Source: Chiloscyllium plagiosum (lineage: Eukaryota). From it: a DNA stretch of 64,000 bases. The DNA lies in contig NC_057719.1 of assembly GCF_004010195.1 (NCBI RefSeq), positions 6,614,517-6,678,516 on the forward strand, written 5' to 3'. Under the pieces are notes generated by a model that saw only the letters and a list, made by a program, of their open reading frames with translations, searched no databases and had not been told where the DNA came from. Of this stretch, positions 1-14,303 are shown one piece after another (positions within the stretch are counted from its first letter, which is position 1; the number at the start of each line of letters is the position of its first letter). A program made the position numbers and the translations under genes.

Positions 1-1810
1 TTGAGACGTATAAGATTATGAAAGGATTGGACACTCTGGCAGTAGGAAACATATTTCCACTGATGGGTGAGTGCCGAACCAGAGGACACAGCTTAAAATA
101 CGGGGTAGACCATTTCGGACAGAGCTCAGGAGAAACTTCTTCACCCAGAGAGTGGTGGCTGTGTGGAATGCTCTGCCCCAGAGGGCAGTGGAGGCCCACT
201 CTCTGGATTCATTTAAGAAAGAGTTGGATAGAGCTCTCAAAGATAGTGGAATCAAGGGTTATGGAGATAAGGGAGGAACAGGATACTGATTAGGAATGAT
301 CAGCCATGATTATATTGAATGGCGATGCAGGCTCAAAGGGCTGAATGGCCTACTCCTGCACCTATTGTCTATTGACCAGGTGAATTGGCCATGCTAAATT
401 GCCCATCGTGTTAAGTGCATTAGTCAGAGGGTCTGGGTGGGTTACTCTTTGGAGGGTCGGTGTGGACTGATTGGGCCGAAGGGCCTATTTCCACACTGTA
501 GGGAATCTAATCTAATCTATAGCTTGATGTCTGTCTTGGGGAAGGTGTTAAATCAATCAATAAAGACATTAAACCCACACACATAAAAACTCAAGGTAAC
601 TGGGAAATGTCACCACTGTTTTGTCAAAAGGAAATTATGTTATACCAATGCATTATTGTTCATTGAAAAAGTAACACATGTTGTTGGCACACAGTACTTG
701 GATTTCTTGGAGGCATTTCATAAGGTGCCCCATAAAAGGTCACTGTGCAAAGTAAAAGCATTTAATGTAAGGGGTAGCATTCCAGTACAGAGAGAAGATT
801 GGTTGGCTGACAGAAAACAGACAGTATGTGCAAATGGGTCTTTTTCTGATTGGCAAGGTGCAAAGAGTAGACTCTGACAAGAGTGTGTGCTTGGGCCTCA
901 CCTGTTTACAATCAATATCAATGACCTTGATGAATAGAATGTAACAGTTTGCAGATAGCACAAAGCTATGTAGGTTGTAAGAAGGGCATAAGGTGTTTGC
1001 AGGTGGATATAGATACAGGTAGCTCATCTATAACGCAATGGTTGTGTTCTTGTGCAACCCCGCAACACACAAAAATCATGCTCTAGGAACAGCACTTAAA
1101 GTGTTGGCGATGTAATCGCATTACAGCTAACACATATTTTTAAAAGTTCATGCTTCAGAATCAATGTGCCCAATTCGTCAATGGCCTTACAGTGAATTTG
1201 TGTTAACACAACGTGTTATGGCAGAACAACCTGTAGATGGAGTAAGTAGGGAAAAGATCTGGTAGGAGTTTAATATAGGAAATTGTGAAATTTGTTACTA
1301 AGAGGAATAAAAAAGCAGAGTATTACATAAATGGAGCATGACTGAAGAATTTTGAGGTGCAGAGGGATCTACGTGTTCTATTGCATGAATCACAAATAGT
1401 ATGTAGTCATAGCATGATCAGGAAGGCTAACAGAATGTTATCCTTTATTATGGAAGGAATTAAACATAAACATAAAAAGGCTATAGTTTAGTTATACAAG
1501 GTATTGATAAGACCACATCTTGAATACTCTGTGCATTTTTGGTCTCCTTATTTAAAGGAAGATTTAGAAGAGTTGGAGGTGGTTCACAGTGAGTTTATTC
1601 GATTGATACCCGGAAGGAGAGGGTTGACCTTTGAGGAAAGATTAGTCAGATTGGGCTTGTTTCCACTGGGATTTAGAAGGGTGAGGGGTGACTTAGTTGA
1701 AGTGTGTAAGATCCTAAATGATCTTGCTAAAGTAAATATGGAATTGATGTTTCATCTTGTGAGAGTCCAGGTCTAAGGCTGTTGTTTTTAAGGGTCACCT
1801 TAAAAGATGG
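1..1810 (+). mobile_element. CR1 LINE 3' end (1-375), HE1-type SINE 3' fragment (377-518) and an older CR1 RT fragment (520-1810)
   Basis: RRNFFTQRVV.WN.LP motif, LDF..AF.KVPH, and IRPHLEYSVHFWSP. The SINE tail is AATCT repeats. Confidence 0.85.
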
Positions 1811-3116
1811 ATTAGTGATTCCAAGTGGGACACTTTGTAGGATTAACTTGATATAGTTATGAATTATATGTCAATTATACTTAGTTGAATGCAGTCGGTG
1901 AACATTAATTGACCATATACAAAGCAACACTTATTACGAAGGAGCAGTATTATTTAGGAGCAGTAATAGACTACTTGACCTCTCAAGCCTGCTCCACTAT
2001 TCGATTCAATCATGGCCGCTCTGTTTGTAATTTGAATTCTATCTTCCTATCTACCTCTTTGATTCCCTTGCCTAACAGCGATCCATCTACCACCTCCTTC
2101 AAAATATTCAATGACCCTGCCACCACTGCAGTCTAAGACAGAGTGTCCCTATGTCACATAATCCTCATCTTGGATGAGAAACATGAGGATTCAAAGCCAC
2201 TTGTTGAGCAGTTCGGTTGTCCAAAACAGAGTGGCCTTAGTAATGGCAGCTGCCCTTTGTCCACAGTTTCTGACTTCATTTTAATATGACATTTAGAGGT
2301 TTGCATGTGCTTTTGTTGTTGAAACAAGCTAATTACCATTTCGTTCATTCACTTCCCTGACTTTGCCCTTTGGTTCCCTCTGCCCTGAGGCTCTATCATT
2401 GCTGATGTCAATGTCACTGTGCTGCCCCTGGGTAACCTACATGGTCTACCAATGCCATTGGTGGTTCTCATGGAAAAAGTGAAAGCCCCAACTCAATGAA
2501 CCTGCTTCTTTTGTTCGTATCACTCTCTCATTTTGAGCAGCCCTCCCAGATGTTTGGGTAGCTCATTGAATAGTTCTCTATTCAATGTTTCATCCAACAG
2601 TTTACCTTTGTCCTGATTTTCAGGGAAAAACATTGTCCGGACAGATCTGAGGAACCAGAGTTAGCTGGGATCCCGAGGTGGGAGACAGTCATTCACGGGA
2701 TCCATGTTACATTGAGCTACATCGAGTCTACAGCACAAAAACAGGCCATTCAGCCCAAATCTTGGTGCTGGAAAGCACAGCAGATCAGGCAGCATCTGAG
2801 GAACAGGAATTGACATTTTGGGCATAAGCCTTTTATCAGGAATTGAGTCTGCAGCACAGAAACAGGAACTACATCAAGTCTACACCACAGAAACAGGCAA
2901 TTCAGCCCAAATAATCTGGACTGCCATTTCTACTCCAAATGAGCCTCCTTCCACCTTTATCTCACCCTTCGATTTCTTCCCCCTTCATTAGTTTATCCAC
3001 CTTCTGCTAATCACATCCCTCTCTTTTTGTGGGAGCAGGTCCCTCACCCTAAGCCCCTGACTGGATGCAGTTCAATCGGGTCCCAATACTCCTGAGGTGA
3101 TGCATACAGAACACAC

Positions 3117-3287
3117 CTGGTTTCTGATAAATCGTGCTGCTTTACGTGAGCGATCCACTCCCCGAGCCCAGAGGATCGGTAAGCCGCCAGGTAATCAATC
3201 AAGTCGCGTTTGAAGTTCGTCATGGATTCACCCGCTGTTTCAGGACTCCCCTCTGGCAACCGGGGGTATAGAGGGCTCAGCCACATC
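3117..3287 (-). CDS. TDP1: TDP1 coding exon 7 (171 nt); the gene continues beyond the left edge of the window
   Basis: tag|G...AG|gtgtgt. Encodes (G)MWLSPLYPRLPEGSPETAGESMTNFKRDLIDYLAAYRSSGLGEWIAHVKQHDLSET(R); human is IWLSPLYPR...GESPTHFKADLISYL...HDLSET. Confidence 0.95.
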
Positions 3288-4419
3288 CTAGCAACAAGCA
3301 GGAAGGAAAGGTTCATTCAACATTGAAACAGAAGACAACTGCAATTCTAAAGTACCTCACACAATTTCAAGACTTCCCACCATGCTTCACAGCCAATGAT
3401 GGACTGCTACCAGAGGGAAACAACCATTGTGTGCACAGCAAGTTCCCACAAACACTGATGCAATAGTAAACCTAATATATATTTTTAAGATGGTGTTTTC
3501 ATTGAGGGAACCCAGGTAACAACAGGAGACCCCTCCCGGCTCTTCTCAGAAACAGTCAGGATGACAACAGAGGAGACTTTGTTGGGTTACTGAAATTTGC
3601 AAAGCAGGAGGCTCCCTGGTTAGGGGTGACGTGGGACGAGAGAAATGGGCTCAGAGTGGCTTGGCAATAAGGGCCAGGGAATCAGCCCCTGGGGTGGGTG
3701 AGGGTGCTCCTGCTCATTGGGCATCTCCCTTAAGTCATGAGAACCTCAGACATGAGCAGCAACCGCATTCATCTTGCTGTGGTCACCTCGCACATCCACT
3801 GATGGACAAACGACAACCAAATCTCACTGTCTCGGCCCAATCGTGCTGTTTTATGCTGTTAACAGAACCCAGAGCTTTGAAGTAAAATTACATTGAGAAT
3901 ACAGTATAAAAACAGGCCACTTGTTGGTTTAGGCTCCACATAAGCCTCCGCCCACCCTCATGTATCCAGCCATACTCAGCATCACATTCTGTATCTTTCT
4001 CCCTCATGTGCTTAACCTAGCTTCGCTTATCTATACCTCAACTACTCTCCCTGGCCGAAATGAATAGTCTGGCAGATAGAAATACCTGGTGTTTACCCTC
4101 AGCACAGCAGATGATGAACAGAATTTGTCAGTGTGAAAAGCTAGAAAAGTGGACAAAGGAACAGGAGGACAGGTTGCCGGGAATATGATGAATGAGGACA
4201 GGAAAAGATTGTGCTCTGAATGCTGAGCAACCTCCCATTGTAACATGGTAACAATGAAATGACATGCTGTGGAAGCTTTTTATCTTGCATTCGTCAGGAC
4301 AGACATAAGAACACCATATTTCAAAGAGAACAACAATTTATAACAGCATGAGATAAGAATGCTGACTGGCTGACAAGTCAACTCTAATTGATTGAGGCAT
4401 TGTCATGGAGAATACTTCA

Positions 4420-5906
4420 GGGAACTAATGTTGTCGAGGAGAATACTGAGATACAGGCTACTAGACTGGGTGTGATTGAGGTTTACAAGGAGGAGGTATT
4501 AGAAATCCTGCAGAGTGTGAAAATAGATAAGTCCCCTGGGCCGGATGGGATTTATCCTAGGATCCTCTGGGAAGCCAGGCAGGAGATTGCCGAGCCTTTG
4601 ACATTGATCTTTAAATCGTCATTGTCTACAGAAATAGTGCCAGAAGACTGGAGGATAGCAAATGTGGTTCCCTTGTTCAAGAAGGGGAGTAGAGACAATC
4701 CTGGTAACTATAGACCAGTGAGCCTTACTTCAATTGTTGGTAAAGTGTTGGAAAAGGTTATAACAGAAAGGATTTATAATCATCTAGAAAAAGAATCATT
4801 TGATTAGGGATAGTCAGCATGGTTTTGTGTAAGGTAGGTTGTGCCTCACAAACCTTATTGAGTTCTTTGANNNNNNNNNNNNNNNNNNNNNNNNNNNNNN
4901 NNNNNNNNNNNNNNNNNNNNNNNNNNNNNNNNNNNNNNNNNNNNNNNNNNNNNNNNNNNNNNNNNNNNNNNNNNNNNNNNNNNNNNNNNNNNNNNNNNNN
5001 NNNNNNNNNNNNNNNNNNNNNNNNNNNNNNNNNNNNNNNNNNNNNNNNNNNNNNNNNNNNNNNNNNNNNNNNNNNNNNNNNNNNNNNNNNNNNNNNNNNN
5101 NNNNNNNNNNNNNNNNNNNNNNNNNNNNNNNNNNNNNNNNNNNNNNNNNNNNNNNNNNNNNNNNNNNNNNNNNNNNNNNNNNNNNNNNNNNNNNNNNNNN
5201 NNNNNNNNNNNNNNNNNNNNNNNNNNNNNNNNNNNNNNNNNNNNNNNNNNNNNNNNNNNNNNNNNNNNNNNNNNNNNNNNNNNNNNNNNNNNNNNNNNNN
5301 NNNNNNNNNNNNNNNNNNNNNNNNNNNNNNNNNNNNNNNNNNNNNNNNNNNNNNNNNNNNNNNNNNNNNNNNNNNNNNNNNNTTGGAGTATTGTGTACAG
5401 TTCTGGTCGCCATATTTCGGGAAGGATGTGGAAGCTTTGGAAAGGGTGCAGAGGAGATTTACTAGGGTGTTGCCTGGTATGGAGGGGAGGTCTTACGAGG
5501 AAAGGCTGAGGGACTTGGGGTGTTCTCGTTAGAGAGAAGGTTGAGAGGTGACTTAAAAGAGACATACAAGATAATCAGAGGGTTAGATAGGGTGGACAGA
5601 AAGAGCCTTTTCCCAAGTATGGGAACGGCGAGCACGAGGGGGCATAGCTTTAAATTGAAGGGTGATAGATATAGGACAGATGTCAGAGGTAGTTTCTTTA
5701 CTCAGAGAGTAGTAAGGGTATGGAATGCTTTGCCTGCAATGGTAGTAGATTCGCCAACTTTAAGTACATTTAAGTCGTCCTTGGACAAGCATATGGACGT
5801 ACATGGAATAGTGTAGGTTAGATGGGCTTCAGATTAGTATGACAGGTTGGCGCAACATCGAGGGCCGAACGGCCTGTACTGCGCTGTAATGTTCTATGTT
5901 CTATGT
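4420..5906 (+). mobile_element. CR1 LINE ORF2 3' half with an assembly gap
   Basis: DKSPGPDGIYPRIL, WRIANVVPLFKKG, NYRPVSLTS, LEYCVQFWSP and a GTTCTAT tail. Confidence 0.92.
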
Positions 5907-6139
5907 CTCCTACATTTTTGTTTAATTCAAGAATAAGGGGCAAAACGTGGACATGGTCCCTTTTCTGCAGAGGGGAGGTCTCTGCTCATGGATGTAAGCA
6001 GCTTCCTGGAAGTGAAAGGGAGCTCTGGTGTCTGGCTGATAGTTTTTAAGCTGATCATTAGTATAATCCTTGTCACACTTGGCACTATTTAGCAAATGCC
6101 ATGCAATTGCAGAATCACATCTAACATTTTTTTCCTTGT

Positions 6140-9100
6140 CCAGGAGCAGTGGGAGACAGAGCAGAGGTGACGTGGAGACCAGGAGGGTGCCGGGAGGGTA
6201 AGCACTGATTATATATTTGGGCAGCGGCTAAACCCGAGATACTACACGTGTAGTATCTCCCTCCCGCCCTCCCTCCTCTAACCAGAAGAAAAAGACTCTG
6301 TAAGATAAGGTTTTAATTTTTATTTTTTCTCTTTCTTTTCTTTTATGTATTTAAGTCCATTGTTTGGTTTTAGTTAGTTGATATAAAGCTAAGGCTTACA
6401 ATGGCAGGGGACCTCAGACCCGTGGCATGGGCCTCTTGCTTGATGTGGGAGCTCAGGGACATGGCTGATGCCCCTGGCTCTTACACTTGCAAGAAGTGTG
6501 TCCAGCTGCAGCTCTTGTTTGACTGCATGACATCTCTGGAGCTGCGGATGGACTCACTGTGGAGAATCTGTGATGCTGAGGAGGTTGTGGACACCACGTT
6601 TAGTGAATTGGTCACACTGCAGGTTAGAATTGTTGAGGGAGACAGTGAATGGGTGACCAAAAGGCAGAGAAAGAGTGGGAAGGCAGTGCAGGAGCTCCCT
6701 GTGGTCATCTCCCTTCAAAATAGGTATACAGTTCTGGATACTGTTGGGGGAGATGGCTCATCAGGGGAGGGCAACAGTTGTCAGGATCATGGCACCGTGG
6801 CAGGCACTGCTGTTCATAAGGCCAGGAAAAAGACTCATAAGGCCATACTCACAGGGGATTCTATTGTAAGGGGAGTAGATTGGCAGTTCTGTGGCTGAAA
6901 ACGAGATTCCCAGATGGTATGCTGCCTCCCAGGTGCTCGAGTCAGGGATGTCACTGATTAGCTGCACAGCATTTTGAAAGGGGAGGGTGAACAGCCAGCT
7001 GTCTTGGTGCATATAGGCACCAAGGATATAAGTAAAAAAAATGAGATGAGATCCTGAAAGCAGAATTCAGGGAGCTAGGAGAGAAGTTAAAGAGGAGGAT
7101 CTCAAAGGTAGTGATCTCGGGATTGCTACCAGTGCCACATGGTAGCCAGGATAGAAATGAAGGAATAGGCAGGAAGAACATGTGGCGTGAGGGATGGTGT
7201 AGGAGGGAATGATTCAGATTTTTTGGACATTGGGACCGGTTCTGGGGAAGGTGGGACTATTACAAATTGGACAGTCTACATCTGAACCAATGTCCTTGGG
7301 GGAGTTTTTGGGTTACTGCTATTGGGGAGGTTTTAAACTAATGTGGCAGGGGCTGGGAACCAGAAGAGAAGACAAGTAGGCAGTGAGGTGGAGACTGCAG
7401 ACTATAAGAATCATGAAGTTAGCATTAATAAAGGGAAGAATAGGCAGAGAGCAGAGGAACACAAAAGAACTGGTGACCTAAAATGTATATACTTTAATGC
7501 AAGGAGTATAGTGGGTAAAGCAGATGAACTTAAGGCTTGGATTGGTGCCTGGGAGTATGATGTTATTGCAATCACAGAGACTTGGTTGAAGGAAGGGCAC
7601 GATTGGCAACTAAATGTTCCAGGATATAGACGCTTCAGACAGGGCTATAAAAGAGGGTGAGGAGTTGCAGTGCTGACCAGGGATGATATCACGGCTGTGC
7701 TAAAGGAGGACACTATGGAGGGCTTGAGTAGTGAGGTATTATGGGTGGAGCTGACAAATAAGAAGGGTGCAGTTACATTAGATTAGGTTAGATTCTCTAC
7801 AGTGTGGAAGCAGGCCCTTCAGCCCAACAAGTCCACACTGCCCCTCCGAAGAGAAACCCACCCAAATCTATTCCCCTACCCTATATTTACCCCTGACTAA
7901 AACACCTAACACTGTGGGCAATTTAGCATGGCCAATTCACCTGACCTGCACATCTTTGGACTGTGGGAGGAAACCAGAGCAGCCGGAGGAAATCCAAGCA
8001 GACACGGGAGAAAATGCAAACTCCACACAGACAGGCGGGAATTGAACCCAGGACCCTAGTGCTGTGAGGCAGCAGTGCTAACCACTGACCACCGTGCCAC
8101 TGTTGGGGCTGTATTACAGGCCTCTCAACAGTGAGCGTGAGGTAAAAGAACAAACAGGTAAACAGATTATGGAAAGATCTGGAGGCAACAGGGTAGTGAT
8201 GATGGGTGATTTTAATTTTCCCAACAATGTCTGGAATACACTTAGTGTCAAGAGGTCTGGATGGGGCAGAATTTGTAAGAAACGTCCAGGAGAGTTTTCT
8301 AGAGCAGTATGTCAATAGTTTGACGAGGGAAGGGGCCATTTTGGACTTGGTGTTGGGGAATGAGCCAGGACAGGTGGTAGAAGTTGCGGTGGGGGATTTC
8401 TTTGGGAACAGTGACCACAATTCTGTAAGTTTTAGAATACTCATAGATAAAGATGAGTGTGATCCTAAGGGAAGAGTACTAAACTGGGTCAAGGCCAATT
8501 ATGTCAAAATTAGGCAGGAGCTGGGAAATGTGGATTTGACACAGCTATTTGAAGGGAAATCCTCATTTGATATGTGGGAGGCTTTCAGAGATAGGTTAAA
8601 GATGTCCCATTGAAAGCAAAGGATAGGAAAGGCAAGATTCGTGAACCGTGGATGACAGGAGAAATCGTACGACTAATCAAGAGGAAAAGGGAAGCATTCG
8701 TAAGGTCCAGGCAGCTAAGAACAGAACAGGCCCTGGAGGAATATCAGGAGAGTAGGACAAGTCTTAAATGAGGAATCAAGCAGGCTAAAAGAGGTCATGA
8801 ACTAACTTTAGTGAACAGAATTAAGGAGAATCCCAAAGCCTTTTATTCTTATATAAGAAGCAAGCAGGTAGCTAGAGAAAGGATTGATCCACTAAAGGAT
8901 AAGGAAGGAAGGCTGTGTGTCAAGCCTGAGAGAATGAGTGAGATTCTGAATGATTACTTTGCATCAGCGTTCACCGAGGAGAGGGACATGATGAATGTTG
9001 AGATTAGAGATAGAAGTTTAATTAGTCTGAATCACGTTGACATAAGTCGGGATAATGTGTTAGGTAGGCTAGAGGTTATTAAGGTGGACAAATCCCCAGG

Positions 9101-10413
9101 ACTGGATGGGATCTATCCCAGGTTGTTGAGGAAGGCAAGAGAGGGAATATCTGGGGCCCTGACAGATATCTTTGTAGCATCCTTAAATACAGGTGAGGTG
9201 ATGGAGGACTGAGGGTTGCTCATGTTGTCCCCCTGTACAAGAAGGGTTGAGGGTTGCTCATGTTGTCCCCCTGTACAAGAAGGGTAGTAGGGATATTCCT
9301 GGTAACTACAGAACAGTGAGTCTGACGTCAATGGTGGGAAAGTTGCTGGAGAAGGTACTGAGGAATAAAATTTATTTAAAGGGAGTTTCTCGAAATGGAG
9401 AAAGGTGACCAGTGGTGTTCCACAGGGGTCAGTGCTGGGGCCACTGTTGTTTGTGATATACATAAATGATCTAGAAGACGGCACTGTTGGTCTGATCAGC
9501 AAGTTTGCAAATGACATGAAGATTGGTGGAGTAGTAGAAAGTATAGGGGACTGTCAGAGAATACAGGAGGATATAGATAGACTGGAGAGTTGGGCGGAGA
9601 ATTGGCAGATGGAGTTCAATCCAGGCAAATGTATGGTGATGCATTTTGGGAAGTCTAACTCTAGAGCGAATTATACAATAAATGGAAGAGCCTTGGGTAA
9701 AGTTGATGAGCAGAGAGATCTGGGAGTGCAGGTCCATTGTACCCTGAAGGTGACTCCACAGGTGGATAGAGTGGTCAAGAAGGCATATGGTATGCTTCAC
9801 TTCATCGGACGGGGTATTGAGTATAAGAGCTGGCAAGTCATGTTAAAATCGTACAAGACATTGGTTCGGCCGCATTTAGAATACTGTGTACAGTTCTGGC
9901 CGCCACATTACCAAAAGGATGTGGACGCTTTGGAGAGGGTGCAGAGAAGGTTTACGGGGATGTTGCCTGGTATGGAAGGTGCTAGCTATGAAGACAGGTT
10001 GAGTAGGTTAGGATTGCTTTCATTAGAAAAAAGTAGATTGAGGGGGGGTCTGATTGAGGTCTACAAATTCATGAAGGGTATAGACAGGGTAGATAGAAAT
10101 AAGCTTTTTCCCAAGGTGAAGGATTCAATAATGAGAGGTCACACACTCAAGGTGAGAGGTGAAAAGTTTAAGGGGGATATACGCGGCAAGTACTTTTCAC
10201 AAAGGGTGCCTGGAATGCGTTGCCAGCAGAGGTGGTAGAGGCAGGCACGGTAGGTTCATTTAAGGTGCATCTGGACAGATGCATGAGTAGGTGGGGAGCA
10301 GAGAGACACAGATCCTTCGGAATTGGGCGATAGGTTTAGACAGTAGGTTTGGATCAGCTCAAGCTTGGAGGGCCGAAGAGCCTGTTCCTGGGCGGTTAAC
10401 TTTCTTTGTTCTT
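6140..10413 (+). mobile_element. Near full-length CR1 LINE, decayed (ORF1 zinc finger + SGNH esterase; ORF2 APE + RT)
   Basis: ORF1 from 6401 has CKKC and GDSIVRG. APE motifs YFNARSI, IAITETWL, MGDFNFP, SDHN. RT motif [14 protein letters not shown]...KFAND. C-terminal LVRPHLEYCVQFW and a TTCTTTG tail. Carries stops and frameshifts, an internal RT deletion near 9375, a 38-bp tandem duplication at about 9210-9285 and a SINE insertion. Confidence 0.92.
7779..8099 (-). mobile_element. HE1-type tRNA-derived SINE inserted in CR1 ORF2
   Basis: Reverse complement begins GGCACGGTGG..AGTGGTTAGCACTGCTGCCTCAC with B-box GGTTCAATTCC. Conserved central TCCTCCCACAGTCCAAAGATGTGCAGG and an AATCT tail. Confidence 0.88.
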
Positions 10414-12771
10414 TAACATTTCAAAACTAAACGAGGATAAGCAAAAGTATACTAGTGGCAATTCCTCTGCTCTTCTACAAAATAGTCATGCCATGGAGGC
10501 AATTCAGACTCAGCTTAATTGACGTCTTAGCCAAAATAGCCATCTCTGAGAGCACAACATTTCCTCAGTACTACATTGACTGTCAGGCATAGACCTCTGG
10601 GGCTGAATGGTCAGACGGAGAGGAGACCAGAGCTGAAAGACTGAAAGAAGAGGATGTGGGGTGTAGGGCCCAATCATTTCAAAGTGATAAGGTGCAGAGG
10701 GATTGAGAGATGAGCACACAGGTCGGGACTGAGGAATTGGAGTTGCTTCTGAGCAACTCTGTCCCAAAGGAGACTAGCTTGACAAAGGGATATAGATTAT
10801 TGAAGTAAGTGGGCAAAGGTCTGGCAAATAGAGAATCAAATGAGAAAACATGAAATTATTCATTTTGACAAAAAGAATAAAAATCAATTATGTTACCTAA
10901 ATGGTAAAAGGTTGCAGAACTCTTGAGATGCAGCAGGATCTGGCTGCTCTTGTGCATGAATTGCAAAACATTTGCATGAAGGTACAGCAAGTACCTGTTT
11001 CCTTCCAGAGGTGCATTAGTCAGGGGAAAGGCAGAGAAATAAGGTCTGGGTGGGTTACTCTTCAGTAGGTCGGGTGTGGACTTGTTGGGTCGAAGGGCCT
11101 GTTTGCGCACTGTAGGAATTCTAAAGTAATTAGGAAGACTAATGTTATTATTACAAGGGAACTTGAATACCCCAAACATTTTCATTGTTGAGACCACATC
11201 TGGAATACCATGCACATTGTTGATCTACTTATATAATCCAGTGTAAATGCACTGGAACCAGTTTAGACAAGGTTTAACAGACTGATACATGGAATTGGTA
11301 TACTGCATTGTGAGGAAAGGTTGGTCAGACCAATCCTGTATCTACTGAGTCAGAACTATCGCGTCAACACGTTATAAACGTCTGACCTTGTCCACCCCAG
11401 TTCACCACCAGCACCTCCACACCGTGGCTACCATCAACACCGTATCTACTAGAATATGGAAGTGCAAAAGGCAACTTGATCAAAAGATATAGGATCCTGA
11501 GAGTTCAGGATGGATGAGGAGAGGATGTTTTTCCTAGAACGAGGTCGCCACTTCAAAATGAGGGATTGACCATTTAAGATGAAGAAAAGGGCAACTTTTC
11601 TTGAAAAGTCAGTGCAAGTAGAACCTTTGAATATTTTTCTGACAGAAATTAATCCTTGAAAAGCGAGGGGGTGAAAGTTTACCTGGCCATTGGCAGGAAT
11701 GTTGAGTATCCAGCACAAGCCATGATCTTATTAAATGGTGAAGCGGGCTTGAAGGGCTGAGTAGCCACCTCCTGCTCCTAATTCATATGATCATGTGGTC
11801 CCTTTGAGAGGGAGGTGAGAGAAAGAAATTACATGAAAGACAGGTACTTATTTCATACTCGAGATAAAAGACAGACAAAAAGAGACCTGTCTTTACCAGA
11901 AGCAAAAGCGAGTTTTGCGTTTAATATGCAGACAATCAAATCATCACAGTCCTGTTTTCAGACAAGATTACTGAAGTGGGAGTTTGGGAGGAGGGATATT
12001 GCTGTTAAGAGCTACGTTAAGGAGAGGCAAGTCGGTACATTATGTCCCCAAGCTGTAAGGCTGTAAGGAGAACAATGATCTGTCACTCAATGATGCAAAA
12101 TAAAATCTCAGTGTTGTTTTCTCTCTCTCTCTCTCTCTCTTCCTTTCCCCAAAGTAATATCTCAGCTACTACTTTGCTCCCCCTTCCCAATCCTTAATAT
12201 GTACAGTCTTTGCTGGATTGGAGAGCAGCTATTTGGTAACAGGAGGCATCGCTGCCTGATCCAAACCAGGCATCCTCCTGTGTTGTATGGTTCTATGGCT
12301 CAAGATTTGTTTTAATTTGGTATTAACACATGTATCTAAGTACATGAAAAGTTCTATTTTGAGTGCAGTACAGGTAGATCGTAACATACAGAGACACAAA
12401 GATCGTAGGGTGAAGAGATCAGGAAACACAAAGTTACAGCTGCAAGGAAGGAGTACAAAAAAACAAGATCAACATTAGATTTGAAATTTGAGAGGTCCAT
12501 TCAGAAGTCTAATAACAATGGGGAAGGAGCTGCTCTTGAATCTCTCTGTATCTGCATTTAAGCTTTCACACTTTCTGCCTGGAGAGGTATCTTAGGTGCA
12601 CATGTTAGACACTGAGCCTCACCTGGACTGGAAATGCACAGCAAGGAGTTCTAACATGTTTCCCTCGTCAAATCAAGAGGCTGAAATTTTGACCCATTGG
12701 AGCCCTTCTCTATAATCTTGTTCTTTGTTGCACCAACCACAGTCCATCAAAGAATGGCGGAGCCAATCCTA

Positions 12772-12969
<198 letters not shown>

Positions 12970-13135
12970 TTACATTCACGTTGAAAACCAAGGGGTGAGC
13001 CAACCAGAGGATTGAAAATTGTAAAGGGATTTGTTGGACTTTTGGAAATGAAGAATACAAGATAAATTATTCTCTCGCAAAAGGATGTTAAGACTCACTG
13101 GGGTAAATCAAGCCCCACTAATCCCAGAATCTTTT

Positions 13136-13441
13136 TAGATTAGATTAGATTACGTTACAGTGTGGAAACAGGCCCTTCGGCCCAACAAGTCCACACCGAC
13201 CCGCCGAAGCCTAACCCACGCATACCCCTTACCTAACACTACGGGCAATTTAGCATGGCCAATTCACCTAACCTGCACATCTTTGGACTGTGGGAGGAAA
13301 CCAGAGCACCCGGAGGAATCCCACGCAGACACGGGGAGAACGTGCAAACTCCACACAATCAGTCGCCTGAGGCGGGAATTAAACCCGGGTCTCCGGTGCT
13401 GTGAGGCAGCAGTGCTAACCATAGTGCCACCGTGCCGCCCA
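13136..13441 (-). mobile_element. HE1-type SINE, full length
   Basis: Same A/B boxes, central domain and (AATCT)n tail as the other copies. Confidence 0.9.
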
Positions 13442-14303
13442 CCAATTTTATCCACATCTATCAGTTTCACCCGTCAAAGTAGCACACTGTAAACTGAGCC
13501 CCATTGGAAGTACAAGTATAGAGTGACTGATCCACGAGGAAAATGTCTCTGATGTCATCAATGCAAAAGTTACAGCTAACAGTCGTTGCTCGCTTTCTTC
13601 AGTTGAAACTGCTTTCTTTTTAACTGCAGAGAACAGGCAGCTTCTGCTGGGGAGTACAGCATCACACCTTTCTATGTCTTGCTGTCTCACTATGTCTACA
13701 TCTCTATCATCTGTATCCAGTTCCTAACTGCTCAGTTAGGTGAGAACCAATCAGCTTCACTTGTAAAGAACTCTCCAGCTCCTGATCTCTCTGCAGAATG
13801 CAGGAACCTCTAGCCACAAAAACAGAGTTCGCAATCGAATTGAACTCCTTGCCATGAAATTATGCAGCTATCCTAGTAAATCCTGACTTTTAAAACAGGT
13901 CATTCGCCTTGCAGTCTACACTTTTTAAAAGGCGTTAAAATAAAAGGACATGATTCTCACAAGGGTTATGAGTGTTTGGAAATTGTCTTTCCCAGACAGC
14001 AGTAGAGACTGGGTCATTGAATTTATTCAAGGCAGAGTCAGATTTTTTTGATCAATGAGGAAGTAAAGGGGACAGGCCGATAGGAAAGTGGGGTTGAGGC
14101 AACAAACTGGTGAGCCATCTTATTGACTGGCGGAGACCGTTCAAGGGACAGAATGGCCTACCCCTGCTCCCAAATCCTATGTTTTGGGAGATTTGGACGA
14201 ATAGTCATAAATGTGAGTTAGTCATCACTAAATCTAGTGGGAAATTCAGCAGGACTGCCTTGCAGTCAACATCAACTTACATTCACATAGCACTTTCATC
14301 ACA

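Noticed and set aside
1-3116. Next TDP1 exon (VYLIGSTPG...)
   Set aside because: No matching splice-bounded sequence found by eye. It presumably lies outside the window.
4814-5565. Long ORFs spanning N runs (also about 19190-20030 and 54500-55325)
   Set aside because: Artefacts of translating assembly gaps.
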